This document shows positions 48,343 to 58,175 of a stretch of DNA of 64,000 nucleotides, one piece after another. This DNA comes from Desulfobacteraceae bacterium UBA2245. GTDB taxonomy: Bacteria; Desulfobacterota; Desulfobacteria; Desulfobacterales; UBA2245. Each line of letters begins with the position of its first letter. The stretch's first letter is position 1. The DNA lies in the NCBI GenBank assembly GCA_002347265.1, contig DDYB01000013.1, forward strand, positions 207,359 through 271,358. The letters run 5' to 3'. Made by a program: the position numbers and the translations under genes. The notes beneath the pieces were generated by a model. That model ran no database searches. It had not been told where the DNA came from and saw only the letters and a list, made by a program, of their open reading frames with translations.

Positions 48343-49916
48343 CACCTCTTTCAATCAGTAGCGCGACCAAGGTTTATAGAGACGCCTCCACATGCGAAAT
48401 TATCCGCCATTTGATAGACCATCCGACCCTAGCGGAATTCTCGCGCTCGCTGAGGGCATTCGTCCAATTGTTGGGGGATGAAGCCGACGATGAATTCTGG
48501 CGGCGCTCCCTCGGCCCCATTCGCCGACTCGGATTTACGTTTTGTTCTACTCCACTCCCGTTTTCGGTGGCCGCAGCAGCAGCTGGAATCGACTGGGCAA
48601 AGCTCCATCGGCAGGTACGTCTTTGCGAGCAGTTGTTTCCCGATACGCACGAGGTGTACGCGAAACTCGTCCAACAATTGGAAGGTTTGAGCTCCGAGAC
48701 TGTTTCGCCTTTTATTGGAACTCTGGAGCAAATCCACCTGCAGGGCGGACAACTTGGCGTCGTCCTGCGGAATCCCCGTATGAACCAGGCGGTGGTTGAT
48801 TTCTTCGCCCGGACCGCAACTCTCAGGAATGCCAGGGTAGTAAGTCCTTCACAACTCCGTGGTGGGCACCTGTGCAATACACTTGCCGTCATCGGCCCCT
48901 GCGGATGGTTTCCCGAACATGTGTTCTCAGCGCCACGGGCCGTGGCTGTCCACGTCATTTCGCTGCGCTGGATTCGTGACACGTGGAAACCTGGTCCAAT
49001 TTTTTTGCACGAGCCCGAGACGTCCGGCAACGGGAGCCGAAACCATCGCATCGGTGAAATGCCGAGCATCGGCGGTACAACTCGCCTGGAGAACAACTCC
49101 CCCACCGATCTCAACCCGGTGGACCTGCTCCCAGCGATTCCAACCTTCGGCCGCAATGAGCGATCGCTCGCGGGCCAATATAATGCAAGTGAAGAGACGG
49201 TTCATGCACGTTTGTGTCACCTTAGTGGCCAGCGGGCATCCTTCGTTGCAGCCTATGATGGCTCCTCGTCGCTAATAATCGACACATTAGAAACGGGGAA
49301 TGCCTTTGTTAGACGCATTCCAGCCGAAGAACTTGAACCAGGCCATTATCTCCTTCTTCGCACATCCGGGGGCGGTGATTTCATAGCCCCACTCGCTGAT
49401 CGAATAATGGGGGATCTGGCTGAAAAACGCCGGTCAGAGCAAACCGAATGGAAACAACGGCTGATCTCCGCAGCAGCCGAACGGTTTGGCACGGTAAACC
49501 GCCGGGAGCTTTCCGCCCTCGTCAGTGCTGAACTGCAGTCGCAAAATCTTTCGCAAGCCCGTCAGGCAAATGTGCATTATTGGATGTCTTCGAAGTGCAT
49601 TCGGCCGCGTAAGATCGAAGATTTTGTCGCAATCCTGACCTTCGCCGGACTTGAAGAGCGGTCCCAGGAGTTGTGGGACGCCATGGGTGACATTGATCGA
49701 GCCCACAGGCGAGCAGGCCATGTCATAAGAGGCTTGCTATTGCACAAGATCGCGACTACATCGCTTGAACCGTTGGAGCGCGATGGTGAGATGGTTTTTG
49801 AACTCAGCGACGAGGACGGCGGAACTATCTCGGCGTTCCAGATCACCGAGATAGTTGGGGAGGATTTCGAGGTGCCCATCCAACGGATCGGCGTATTGCT
49901 GGAAATGGAAGATTAG
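48339..49916 (+). CDS. hypothetical protein, operon gene 2 (no recognisable motif)
   Basis: ATG 48339 (MTPLSISSATKVY) has AGGAGG 11 nt upstream. The track start 48285 would run 58 nt (48285-48342) into gene 1. Confidence 0.5.
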   Translation: MTPLSISSATKVYRDASTCEIIRHLIDHPTLAEFSRSLRAFVQLLGDEADDEFWRRSLGPIRRLGFTFCSTPLPFSVAAAAAGIDWAKLHRQVRLCEQLFPDTHEVYAKLVQQLEGLSSETVSPFIGTLEQIHLQGGQLGVVLRNPRMNQAVVDFFARTATLRNARVVSPSQLRGGHLCNTLAVIGPCGWFPEHVFSAPRAVAVHVISLRWIRDTWKPGPIFLHEPETSGNGSRNHRIGEMPSIGGTTRLENNSPTDLNPVDLLPAIPTFGRNERSLAGQYNASEETVHARLCHLSGQRASFVAAYDGSSSLIIDTLETGNAFVRRIPAEELEPGHYLLLRTSGGGDFIAPLADRIMGDLAEKRRSEQTEWKQRLISAAAERFGTVNRRELSALVSAELQSQNLSQARQANVHYWMSSKCIRPRKIEDFVAILTFAGLEERSQELWDAMGDIDRAHRRAGHVIRGLLLHKIATTSLEPLERDGEMVFELSDEDGGTISAFQITEIVGEDFEVPIQRIGVLLEMED

Positions 49917-49918
49917 CT

Positions 49919-51655
49919 GTGGCTCGCATGATTCCTCCAGTCATTCCAGTATCTTGCCCTAGTCCAGGTGAGCAGGAAATCTTTACGCGCCTCAAAGATG
50001 AACCTGGCACCAAGAATTGGATCGTCCTCCACTCATTGGATATTGCTCACCACCTTCGCCAGGTGGCTGGTGAAACGGATTTCGTCATCATTGTACCGGC
50101 GCTTGGCGTGCTTTGTCTCGAAGTAAAAGCGTGCCATTCGCTGCGCAGAGAAAACGGACTATGGTTCTACGGTCGCGATCCCAAGGGCGATCCGCGCGGG
50201 CCATTCAAGCAGTCATCGGAAGGCATGCACAGCCTCCGCCAGCAAGTCGTGCGGAATGATCCCTCACTCTCGCGAGTTCCGTTTTGGTCCGCCGTTGCTT
50301 TCCCTTTTTTCGAGTTTACAGCAACTTCTGGTGAGTGGCATCCGTGGCAAGTGATAGATGCGCTGCGGTTTCGGCGGCAACCAGTCGCATTATTGATCTC
50401 AGAAATCTTGCGGAGTGCTCGGTCATATTTGAAATCACAGCCGTCGGCCCGCTGGTTTCGCGACTCCGACCAGTGCCCGGATCAGAAGCAGTCTGCCGTC
50501 ATCGCCCGAATTCTCCGGCCAAGCTTTGAATTTGCCGAGAGAGCCCCTGCTCGGCGTGCCCGCAAGCAAGCGGAGATCCTGCGTTACACTGAAGAGCAGT
50601 TCTCTGCGCTCGATGCAATGGCCGACAATGAACGCGTACTATTTTCCGGGCCAGCGGGCACAGGGAAAACAGTTCTCGCTCTCGAAGCGGCTCGCCGGGC
50701 ATCCAATGCGGGCAAGAGAGTCTTGCTTCTCTGCTTCAATCGGCTCCTCGGGCGGTGGCTGTCGCAGCATCATATCGCCCAGTGCGAGGCGGTCACTGCC
50801 GGGACTTTTCACCAGTACCTCCTCAGTTTCACCGGCATTGCTTTGCCTGCCGATCCGTGTGATGCTTTCTGGAAAGTAGATTTGCCTGACGCGGCAATAG
50901 CGAAGCTGATAGACGAGCCCACCGGCGACGCCCGGTTTGACATCCTTGTCGTTGACGAACTCCAAGATTTGTTCAATACCTCTTACATAGATGTTTTAGA
51001 CCTGGTGTTGAAAGGTGGGTTGGCGGCGGGCAACTGGATGCTTTTTGGCGACTTTGAACGGCAGATGCTATACGGACAGGACCGCGACGTCGCAGAAGAG
51101 TTGCGCAACGCGAGGCTCGGAGCATTCGCCAGATGCTCGCTGCGAGTCAATTGCCGAAACACTCCGCGCGTGGCGACGCTTTCACATCTTCTCGGAAAGC
51201 TAACGCCGAATTATTTGCGTGTACTACGACCAGATGACCGCATTGAGCCGGTCATTATGTACTATGCGACGCCATCCCAGCAACGGAAGCAGCTCGTCGA
51301 CACTCTCGAACGGATTCTCCGTGATTCATTTTCAGGCCAGGACATTGTGATCCTCTCTCCGAGAGCTGGAGCGCGCTCCGCAGCTGGTTCTATTGCGACG
51401 AAGCCATGGGCTGATCGGATTGCCCCGTACGAGCAAGCTGCGCCAGACCAGATTCGTTTCACGACAATCCAGAGTTTCAAAGGGCTTGAATCTGCCGCAA
51501 TTGTCGTTACTGACATTGAACATTTGGCTGGTGAACTTTTTTCGTCACTCTTTTATATTGCCACCACACGCGCTCTGGGACGGTTGTACATTCTCGTGCA
51601 TGAGACAGCCAAACCTGAAATTATCAAAGCGCTGTTGGGGCCAGAACAAAAATGA
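49919..51655 (+). CDS. NERD nuclease domain fused to a UvrD/AAA-type (SF1-like) helicase ATPase
   Basis: The N-terminus GEQEIFTRL...GETDFVIIVPALGVLCLEVKA is a NERD pattern. Walker A is FSGPAGTGKT and Walker B is ILVVDELQDL. The C-terminal TTIQSFKGLESAAIVVTDI...LFYIATTRALGRLYILV is a UvrD_C-like ending. Confidence 0.8.
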   Translation: MARMIPPVIPVSCPSPGEQEIFTRLKDEPGTKNWIVLHSLDIAHHLRQVAGETDFVIIVPALGVLCLEVKACHSLRRENGLWFYGRDPKGDPRGPFKQSSEGMHSLRQQVVRNDPSLSRVPFWSAVAFPFFEFTATSGEWHPWQVIDALRFRRQPVALLISEILRSARSYLKSQPSARWFRDSDQCPDQKQSAVIARILRPSFEFAERAPARRARKQAEILRYTEEQFSALDAMADNERVLFSGPAGTGKTVLALEAARRASNAGKRVLLLCFNRLLGRWLSQHHIAQCEAVTAGTFHQYLLSFTGIALPADPCDAFWKVDLPDAAIAKLIDEPTGDARFDILVVDELQDLFNTSYIDVLDLVLKGGLAAGNWMLFGDFERQMLYGQDRDVAEELRNARLGAFARCSLRVNCRNTPRVATLSHLLGKLTPNYLRVLRPDDRIEPVIMYYATPSQQRKQLVDTLERILRDSFSGQDIVILSPRAGARSAAGSIATKPWADRIAPYEQAAPDQIRFTTIQSFKGLESAAIVVTDIEHLAGELFSSLFYIATTRALGRLYILVHETAKPEIIKALLGPEQK

Positions 51656-51661
51656 AATCGG

Positions 51662-54600
51662 ATGGTGAAAATGCCTGACCATGTCGTGAATCGTGATGCA
51701 ATTCTCCGGTCGCTCCACGAGGAACTTGTCGGTCCATGCCCAAGTGGGAAAGAAATTGACTGCAATGCGGCCATTCAGCTGGATGACACCGAGGCAGCTT
51801 ACCGGCCGTATCGGCAACTCGGGACTGGCGAAGAGATTCTCCAGCGCGACGCACCGACGAAGCGCTACGGGGTTGGTGTCCTATACCCGATGGAAGCCCC
51901 AATTGCTCCCGGTGAAATCGAATCCCTGCCGCCATCGCCAGATGAGGAAATTGATCCCGGACCACCAAGCGGTGTCTCAGAGCCTCTAACTGCGTCCGCA
52001 ATCCGTGATTGCGAGGCTATTGCGGGGCGGGCTCAAAGCCGCATCCCAGAGGCCGATTCGGATGACTTTGACCTATCATCGGCAAATGCCTATAAACCTA
52101 GTAGTATGGCTGTAAGCCTTCTAGTGCTCCTTCCGGAAAACGCCAAATTGGTAGTGTCCGCCACTGGCGGCCGCTATGCCATCAAACCGGTAATGCTTGT
52201 TGGGCGCGAACGTCAATGGTGGCTCCGCTCTCCAGTTCGCCTTTGCAGCCAATTTCGCAGGGATGATTTTCCCGTATCACGTGCAGGTTACGCAACTGCG
52301 CGAGAGCCGATCCGCGAGAATATAGACAATCTTGACGTACGGATCGAAGTCTTCACTAGGCCGTACAGGTCCAAACCCAACGAATTTCTTATCACTGTCT
52401 GCTTGGTCAATCGCCAGCAAGCAGAGGGGCGATTGGATTTGCAGTCCCTCTTCCAGTGCCACTTCGATGTGAAGATCGAAGGTGGAAGCTCCGCTGGAGC
52501 CATGATATTGCCGTATCCAACAGCAGAGCCTCTGGACAGTGAAGAGCGCTCCCAGGAATTGCTTTTCCGGGAGAAGCTCACGTTCGCTGTCGGCCACGGA
52601 TGCGCTGCTGAATGGGTGCGCGGCGATACACCCACCAGCGCCAAGAGCGTCTCAGCAGAGTGCTTGCCGATGTTTGAGACGCCAAGTACGACGCCCGATA
52701 TCCGTGCCAAGAGCGGGGAGCCGCTGGTCGCGTCCATGCGGTCTCTCGCTGGCATCGATCCTGAAACCGACGGGTTCGACCAACTCGATGGGATTGTGAG
52801 CGAGTACGAACAGTGGATCTCCGAGCAGGAGGCGCGGATACCCGTACTCAGCACTCAGCTCCAGGAGACTGCGCGACTTCACATGAGTGAATGCGCAGAA
52901 GCTGCTGGGCGGATGCGCGACGGCTTTTCACTTTTACAGAGGGATTCGGAGATCAGGCGGGCATTCCAACTCGCAAACCTTGCTATGCTGATCCAGCAAG
53001 TGCGGTCGAGGCGCGAAGCCCGCATCGCGTCGTTCGACCAGTCCACTACGACGCTCACGTTCGAGGAGCCATACGTTTTGCTCGATCTTAATTCACCGCG
53101 TGCGCGAGCGTGCCAGTGGCGCGCATTCCAGATTGCTTTCATACTCGCGTCGCTCCGTTCAACCGCCGATACTGGCGATACTGACCGCGAACGCGTCGAG
53201 CTAATCTGGTTCCCCACCGGCGGCGGCAAGACCGAGGCCTATTTCGGGCTGGCAGCTTTTAGCATATTTCTGCGTAGGCTCCGGAATCCTGCCGATACTG
53301 GAGTGAATGTACTGATGCGTTATACGTTACGGCTGCTAACAGCGCAGCAGTTCCAGCGCGCATCGCGCCTTATCTGTGCAATGGAGTTCGTCCGGCAGCA
53401 GGACAGCGCTGATTTGGGTGACGCGAAAATCTCTATCGGCATCTGGCTCGGAAGCTCGACGACTCCGAATACGCATGCCGAAGCTCAGGCTGTGCTCCGC
53501 AGCCTAACCAGGGGGGATGGTGCCAAAGAGAATCAGTTTGTGCTCGACCGATGCCCGTGGTGCGGAGCGCAAATGGGGCCGGTCAACCTCGCCGGCAGGG
53601 GACGAGGACGCAGAGGTGTTCCCCGGGTTATCGGGTATATTCGGCGCGGCAACACTGTCGTGTATTCATGCCCTGACCGCAGCTGCGAGTTCCATAGATC
53701 TCTCCCGCTTTATGTCATCGACGAGGATATATACGAGACTCGCCCGGCACTTGTGATTGGCACTGTTGACAAATTCGCAATGCTTGCCTGGCGACCGCAG
53801 GCGCGGGCTCTGTTTGGCATCGGAGACGATGGGACTAGAGCGAATTCGCCACCTGGGCTTATCATCCAGGACGAGCTGCATCTCATCTCTGGCCCGCTCG
53901 GCTCAATGGTTGGCCTTTACGAACCCATCATTGAGGAGTTATGTACTGACCGCCGCGGCCCGGCCCTCGCCCGGCCCAAGATCATCAGTTCCACAGCGAC
54001 GATCCGCAGTTATACGGAACAAGTGCAAGGGTTGTATGCGCGGGGGAGGACCAGCCTGTTTCCCCCACCGGGGTTAGATACCGATGACTCCTTCTTCGCA
54101 AGGGTCGCCCGCCGACCGGACGGCACTCTGGAAAGGGGGCGAGTATACGTCGGCGTTCACGCCCCTGGGCTTGGATCGCTCCAGACAGTTCAGGTTCGTA
54201 CGTTTGCGGCACTGTTGCAGGCTCCCCAGCCACTTCCGGCACCCGACCGCGACCCCTGGTGGACACTCCTCCTTTTTTTCAACAGTCTCCGAGAGCTTGG
54301 AACGACGCTCACTCTATTCCAATCGGATATTCCAGATTTGTTGAAGGGATCTCTCAGACAGCGACTCGGCATCGGATTTCAGGATGTTCGCCAGATCAGA
54401 AAAATGTTGGAACTCACTGGCCGCCTGCCGGGAGACGAAGTGCCAAAAGCTATATCTGCACTTGAAGTGCCAACCGACTCGCGGCAGGGGTATGCCGCAG
54501 ATGTCTGCCTTGCTTCGAATATCATCGAAGTCGGAGTAGACATTGATCGGCTCTCGCTCATGGCTGTCGTCGGTCAGCCTAAAACGACCTCGCAGTATAT

Positions 54601-55177
54601 TCAGGTAACGGGCCGCGTTGGCCGGAAAGCAGATCGGCCTGGCCTTGTGGTCACGATTTATGCCGCATCAAAACCCCGTGACCGCTCCCATTTCGAGAAG
54701 TTCCGCAGTTATCACGAGCGGCTTTACGCCCAGGTTGAGCCTACGAGTGTAACGCCATTCTCGCGCCCGGCACTCGATCGGGCGGCACATGCTGTGATCG
54801 CGAGTTACGTCAGGCAGTCTGGAAACTCGGACCAGGCCGAAAGCCCCTACCCGTTCCCCGCGGCACTTGTTGAAGACGCGGCCAGAATTCTCGAGGGCCG
54901 CGCGGCATTTGTTGATCCAGATGAACTCGCCGCACTCCATAGAATACTCCAGAAGAGAGCCGACGAGTGGCAGCGCTGGCAGCGGCTGAGATGGTCGGGC
55001 GCACTGCACGCGGAAGACATGCCCCTCATGAGGCCTGCCGGAGCTTACGTCGCGCCAGATAAGGCGCGGGTTTCGTGGGCTACCCCACAATCCCTCCGTA
55101 ATGTGGATGCGGAGTGCCAAGCAGAAATCACACAGCTATACATGCTGGAGGAACTGGAGGACACCGAAGATGCCTAG
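51662..55177 (+). CDS. SF2 DEAH-box helicase, DISARM DrmA-like (1171 aa)
   Basis: Motif I IWFPTGGGKTEAY lies at about residue 520. Motif II is IIQDELHLISGPLG, motif III SSTATI, and motif VI QVTGRVGRK. It is followed by an overlapping DUF1998 gene and an MTase. Confidence 0.75.
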   Translation: MVKMPDHVVNRDAILRSLHEELVGPCPSGKEIDCNAAIQLDDTEAAYRPYRQLGTGEEILQRDAPTKRYGVGVLYPMEAPIAPGEIESLPPSPDEEIDPGPPSGVSEPLTASAIRDCEAIAGRAQSRIPEADSDDFDLSSANAYKPSSMAVSLLVLLPENAKLVVSATGGRYAIKPVMLVGRERQWWLRSPVRLCSQFRRDDFPVSRAGYATAREPIRENIDNLDVRIEVFTRPYRSKPNEFLITVCLVNRQQAEGRLDLQSLFQCHFDVKIEGGSSAGAMILPYPTAEPLDSEERSQELLFREKLTFAVGHGCAAEWVRGDTPTSAKSVSAECLPMFETPSTTPDIRAKSGEPLVASMRSLAGIDPETDGFDQLDGIVSEYEQWISEQEARIPVLSTQLQETARLHMSECAEAAGRMRDGFSLLQRDSEIRRAFQLANLAMLIQQVRSRREARIASFDQSTTTLTFEEPYVLLDLNSPRARACQWRAFQIAFILASLRSTADTGDTDRERVELIWFPTGGGKTEAYFGLAAFSIFLRRLRNPADTGVNVLMRYTLRLLTAQQFQRASRLICAMEFVRQQDSADLGDAKISIGIWLGSSTTPNTHAEAQAVLRSLTRGDGAKENQFVLDRCPWCGAQMGPVNLAGRGRGRRGVPRVIGYIRRGNTVVYSCPDRSCEFHRSLPLYVIDEDIYETRPALVIGTVDKFAMLAWRPQARALFGIGDDGTRANSPPGLIIQDELHLISGPLGSMVGLYEPIIEELCTDRRGPALARPKIISSTATIRSYTEQVQGLYARGRTSLFPPPGLDTDDSFFARVARRPDGTLERGRVYVGVHAPGLGSLQTVQVRTFAALLQAPQPLPAPDRDPWWTLLLFFNSLRELGTTLTLFQSDIPDLLKGSLRQRLGIGFQDVRQIRKMLELTGRLPGDEVPKAISALEVPTDSRQGYAADVCLASNIIEVGVDIDRLSLMAVVGQPKTTSQYIQVTGRVGRKADRPGLVVTIYAASKPRDRSHFEKFRSYHERLYAQVEPTSVTPFSRPALDRAAHAVIASYVRQSGNSDQAESPYPFPAALVEDAARILEGRAAFVDPDELAALHRILQKRADEWQRWQRLRWSGALHAEDMPLMRPAGAYVAPDKARVSWATPQSLRNVDAECQAEITQLYMLEELEDTEDA

Positions 55178-57065
55178 AGGACCAGTACGGCGTGGGCAAC
55201 TCATCTCTCCCTTCGGCCCCGGTGCCATGATGATTCTACCGGATGGCGTCTCCGTCATCTGTGCCGGGCTTGACCACTGGTTCAAGCACGAATCCGGAGA
55301 CGATGAGAACATCGACCCGCGAGAGTACCAGGTAGACGAATGGCGACTTGCGACTCGCCTCAACGTGGAACATTTCTATCTCCCCCCAGACTACCGGCGT
55401 GTACGCCGACATGATCCTCTGACCAACGGTTACCTGACCGTCCCATTTCTCCGCTTCCCGCAATGGCACTATTGCACTCGCTGCGGCTTGATGCGCAAAG
55501 TCCCGATAGTCACAAAGGAGCGGATCAAGTGCGCAGAATGCGAGGCACGGGGATGGACCCGCTACATGGTCCAGGTGCCCTTCGTCGCCATGTGCGATGC
55601 CGGTCACATTCAAGACTTCCCGTGGCTTGAATGGGTGTATCGATCTGCAACTCCACCGCAGAACTCGCCACCGATGCGGCTCCTTTCAACCGGTGGAATG
55701 ACACTCGCTGGCCAAAAGGTTAAGGTCGATGGTGGCCCTGAACGAACTCTCGCGGGAATCACTAACGCAAACCCAGACGGCGCCGACACCGAATTGAGCC
55801 GGACGCTCGATAGCGATAGGTCGCCCTACTTGTGCCCCGGCCTACGCCCGTGGCTTGGCACCGAGCATGGCGAGGGATGCGGCAGGCCACTTCGTGGCAC
55901 GCTCCGGAGTGCCGCCAACGTCTACTTCGCGCAGGTGCATAGCTCGATCTATCTCCCCCGCACTGACGATAGCACCGTGGCCGAGGTTATAACACTCCTG
56001 GAACAACCATCTATTAGCACATTTGTCGAAATTCTCACCGGAGCAGGTGTTACCCCCGAACCAGCTCAGTTACGAAAGCAGTTCCGGGAGTTGCTCGCTG
56101 CGTTCACTGATCGGCAGATACAGCTGGCCATCGATACGGTGTGCAGTGGGGGGGCGAGCCGACAGCAAAGTGGCCGGATGGAAGGCGATGACGCAGAAAC
56201 CGGCTTCCGGAGGCAAGAATATGATACTCTGGTTGCTGCCGCCGACTTCGAGCAACTGGTGCTTAAGCCAGCCGATCGCAGGCGATACGCTCCGCAGTTC
56301 TCCCAATACTTCGCGAATGTAACGCTTGTCCACAAGCTGCGGGAGACTAGGGCGCTAACTGGCTTCACGCGAGTATTTGCGGATACTGACCGCGATATTG
56401 ATTACTTGCAGGGAATGCTGCGGCTCAATGAGCCCGAGGTGAGGTGGCTGCCAGCCTTTTTGGTCTTCGGCGAGGGTGTGTTTCTCACCCTAAACGAACA
56501 GCGTTTAAGGCAATGGGAAGAGCAGCCAGAAATACGGGCTCGCGTACATCCACTTGTAGCCCGATACCACGCCCTGCGCCAAGCTCGCCATCTCAGGGAT
56601 CGCCAAGTCGGCCCGCGGTACGTCCTGCTGCATACTCTTGCGCACCTCCTCATCAATCGACTGACGTTTGAATGCGGCTACAGTTCCGCCGCACTCCGGG
56701 AACGCCTTTACGTATCTGAAAATACTGCCGCGCCAATGTCGGGGATACTGATCTATACGGCGGCTGGTGATGCCGAAGGCACACTCGGCGGACTTGTTCG
56801 AATGGGAAAGCCGGGCAGGCTGGAGCCACTGCTCGAACGGGCGCTCAGCGGTGCGCGGTGGTGTTCTGCTGACCCCGTTTGCATGGAAATGGGACAGAGT
56901 GGCGGGCAAGGCCCGGACTCACTGAATCTCGCAGCGTGTCATGGCTGTAGCCTAGTGCCTGAAACAGCCTGCGAGGAATTCAATCGCCTGCTTGACCGAG
57001 GGCTAGTTATCGGGCCATTCGACAACCCAACTATTGGGTATTTTAGCAGAGCCACGGAGGGCTAA
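55170..57065 (+). CDS. DUF1998 domain protein, DISARM DrmB-like
   Basis: ATG 55170 overlaps the helicase stop (ATGCCTAG). There is an N-terminal Zn ribbon CTRC-x15-CAEC. The C-terminus reads HTLAHLLINRL...IYTAAGDAEGTLGGL...CSADPVC...LNLAACHGCSLVPETACEEFNRLLDR, the DUF1998/MrfA-type Zn module. Confidence 0.75.
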   Translation: MPRGPVRRGQLISPFGPGAMMILPDGVSVICAGLDHWFKHESGDDENIDPREYQVDEWRLATRLNVEHFYLPPDYRRVRRHDPLTNGYLTVPFLRFPQWHYCTRCGLMRKVPIVTKERIKCAECEARGWTRYMVQVPFVAMCDAGHIQDFPWLEWVYRSATPPQNSPPMRLLSTGGMTLAGQKVKVDGGPERTLAGITNANPDGADTELSRTLDSDRSPYLCPGLRPWLGTEHGEGCGRPLRGTLRSAANVYFAQVHSSIYLPRTDDSTVAEVITLLEQPSISTFVEILTGAGVTPEPAQLRKQFRELLAAFTDRQIQLAIDTVCSGGASRQQSGRMEGDDAETGFRRQEYDTLVAAADFEQLVLKPADRRRYAPQFSQYFANVTLVHKLRETRALTGFTRVFADTDRDIDYLQGMLRLNEPEVRWLPAFLVFGEGVFLTLNEQRLRQWEEQPEIRARVHPLVARYHALRQARHLRDRQVGPRYVLLHTLAHLLINRLTFECGYSSAALRERLYVSENTAAPMSGILIYTAAGDAEGTLGGLVRMGKPGRLEPLLERALSGARWCSADPVCMEMGQSGGQGPDSLNLAACHGCSLVPETACEEFNRLLDRGLVIGPFDNPTIGYFSRATEG

Positions 57066-58175
57066 ATGGAGATACCGCTTCTATCATTCTTTACCGGAGG
57101 AGGTTTTTTCGATATAGGGTTCAAACAGGCGGGATTCTCTGTCTGCTGGACAAATGAGAATTGCCCAGCATTCATCACTGGATACGAGTACGGAATGTCG
57201 TCATGGCTTTCCTCGCTTGGTAAGCGAGCACAGGCAGCAAGTATCGCCAACCCCAAGAGTATCTGCAATCTGACTTCCCTTGGGGTACTCCGAGAAGCAT
57301 TCGCCGGGCCACGGCCCAAACTTTTTGGTGTCATCGGCGGTCCGCCCTGCCCCGATTTCAGTAATGGCGGCACGCACGCTGGCGGTAACGGTTCAAACGG
57401 CATACTCACTAGCGTGTTTGCCAACATGATTTGCGAACTGCACCCAACCTTTTTCGTCATTGAAAACGTATCTGGGCTTTACCGCGTTCGGAAGCACCGC
57501 GCCTTTTTGGAAATCAAAATCGCCCAGTTGAGAGAGCGCGGCTATGCAGTTGATTACAAGATTCTGAATGCTCTTGAGTTGGGAGTGCCACAATATCGCG
57601 AAAGGCTTTTCATCGTCGGAATCAAAAAAAACATCGCTCAATGCGGTGCTGAAAGAAAACTCACTGTGGCAGAGGAAGGATGGTTTACATGGCCAATAGT
57701 TGATGCATACACTGGGGCGAAATCGCTCCCCTGGCCGACAACAGCGCCATTCGGCGAAAAGCCTACCAAACCCAAAGAGATTCCCCTCGAACTTACCGTT
57801 TACCCGGCGCTGTTTGGAAAAGGTGACCCGGAAAAGCTTCCCAACGGGTGCGATTTCTTCAACCCGTATTCCAGCCGTTTCAATACAATTCCGGAAGGCG
57901 ACGTTGCACGAAAATCATTCAAGAGGCTCCACCGTTACCGGTTCAGCCCAACAGCATGGTACGGGAATCAGGAAGTGCATTTGCACCCTTCCAAGGCAAG
58001 GCGCTTGTCGGTCCGTGAAGCGCTGCGAATTCAATCAGTGCCGGATGAATATGTGTTGCCGGAAGAAATGACACTCTCGGCAAAATTCAAGCTGGTTTGC
58101 AACGGCGTGCCCTGCGTCATGGCATCCCACCTCGCCACCGCGGTGAAATCGTTCTTGAAGCGAGCAAGTGCATGA
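57066..58175 (+). CDS. DNA (cytosine-5)-methyltransferase (DrmMII-like position)
   Basis: Motif I FFTGGGFFDIG, motif IV GGPPCPDFS, motif VI FFVIENV, motif VIII QYRERLFIVG, motif X CNGVPC. The ATG directly abuts the upstream TAA (TAAATG). Confidence 0.9.
   Translation: MEIPLLSFFTGGGFFDIGFKQAGFSVCWTNENCPAFITGYEYGMSSWLSSLGKRAQAASIANPKSICNLTSLGVLREAFAGPRPKLFGVIGGPPCPDFSNGGTHAGGNGSNGILTSVFANMICELHPTFFVIENVSGLYRVRKHRAFLEIKIAQLRERGYAVDYKILNALELGVPQYRERLFIVGIKKNIAQCGAERKLTVAEEGWFTWPIVDAYTGAKSLPWPTTAPFGEKPTKPKEIPLELTVYPALFGKGDPEKLPNGCDFFNPYSSRFNTIPEGDVARKSFKRLHRYRFSPTAWYGNQEVHLHPSKARRLSVREALRIQSVPDEYVLPEEMTLSAKFKLVCNGVPCVMASHLATAVKSFLKRASA

Noticed and set aside
51662-57065. Classification as Druantia (DruE plus cytosine methylase DruM, type II)
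   Set aside because: DruE carries the helicase and DUF1998 in one polypeptide. Here they are two separately initiated, overlapping genes, as in DISARM. I could not recognise DruF/DruG-like proteins, but I cannot exclude a relationship without profile searches.
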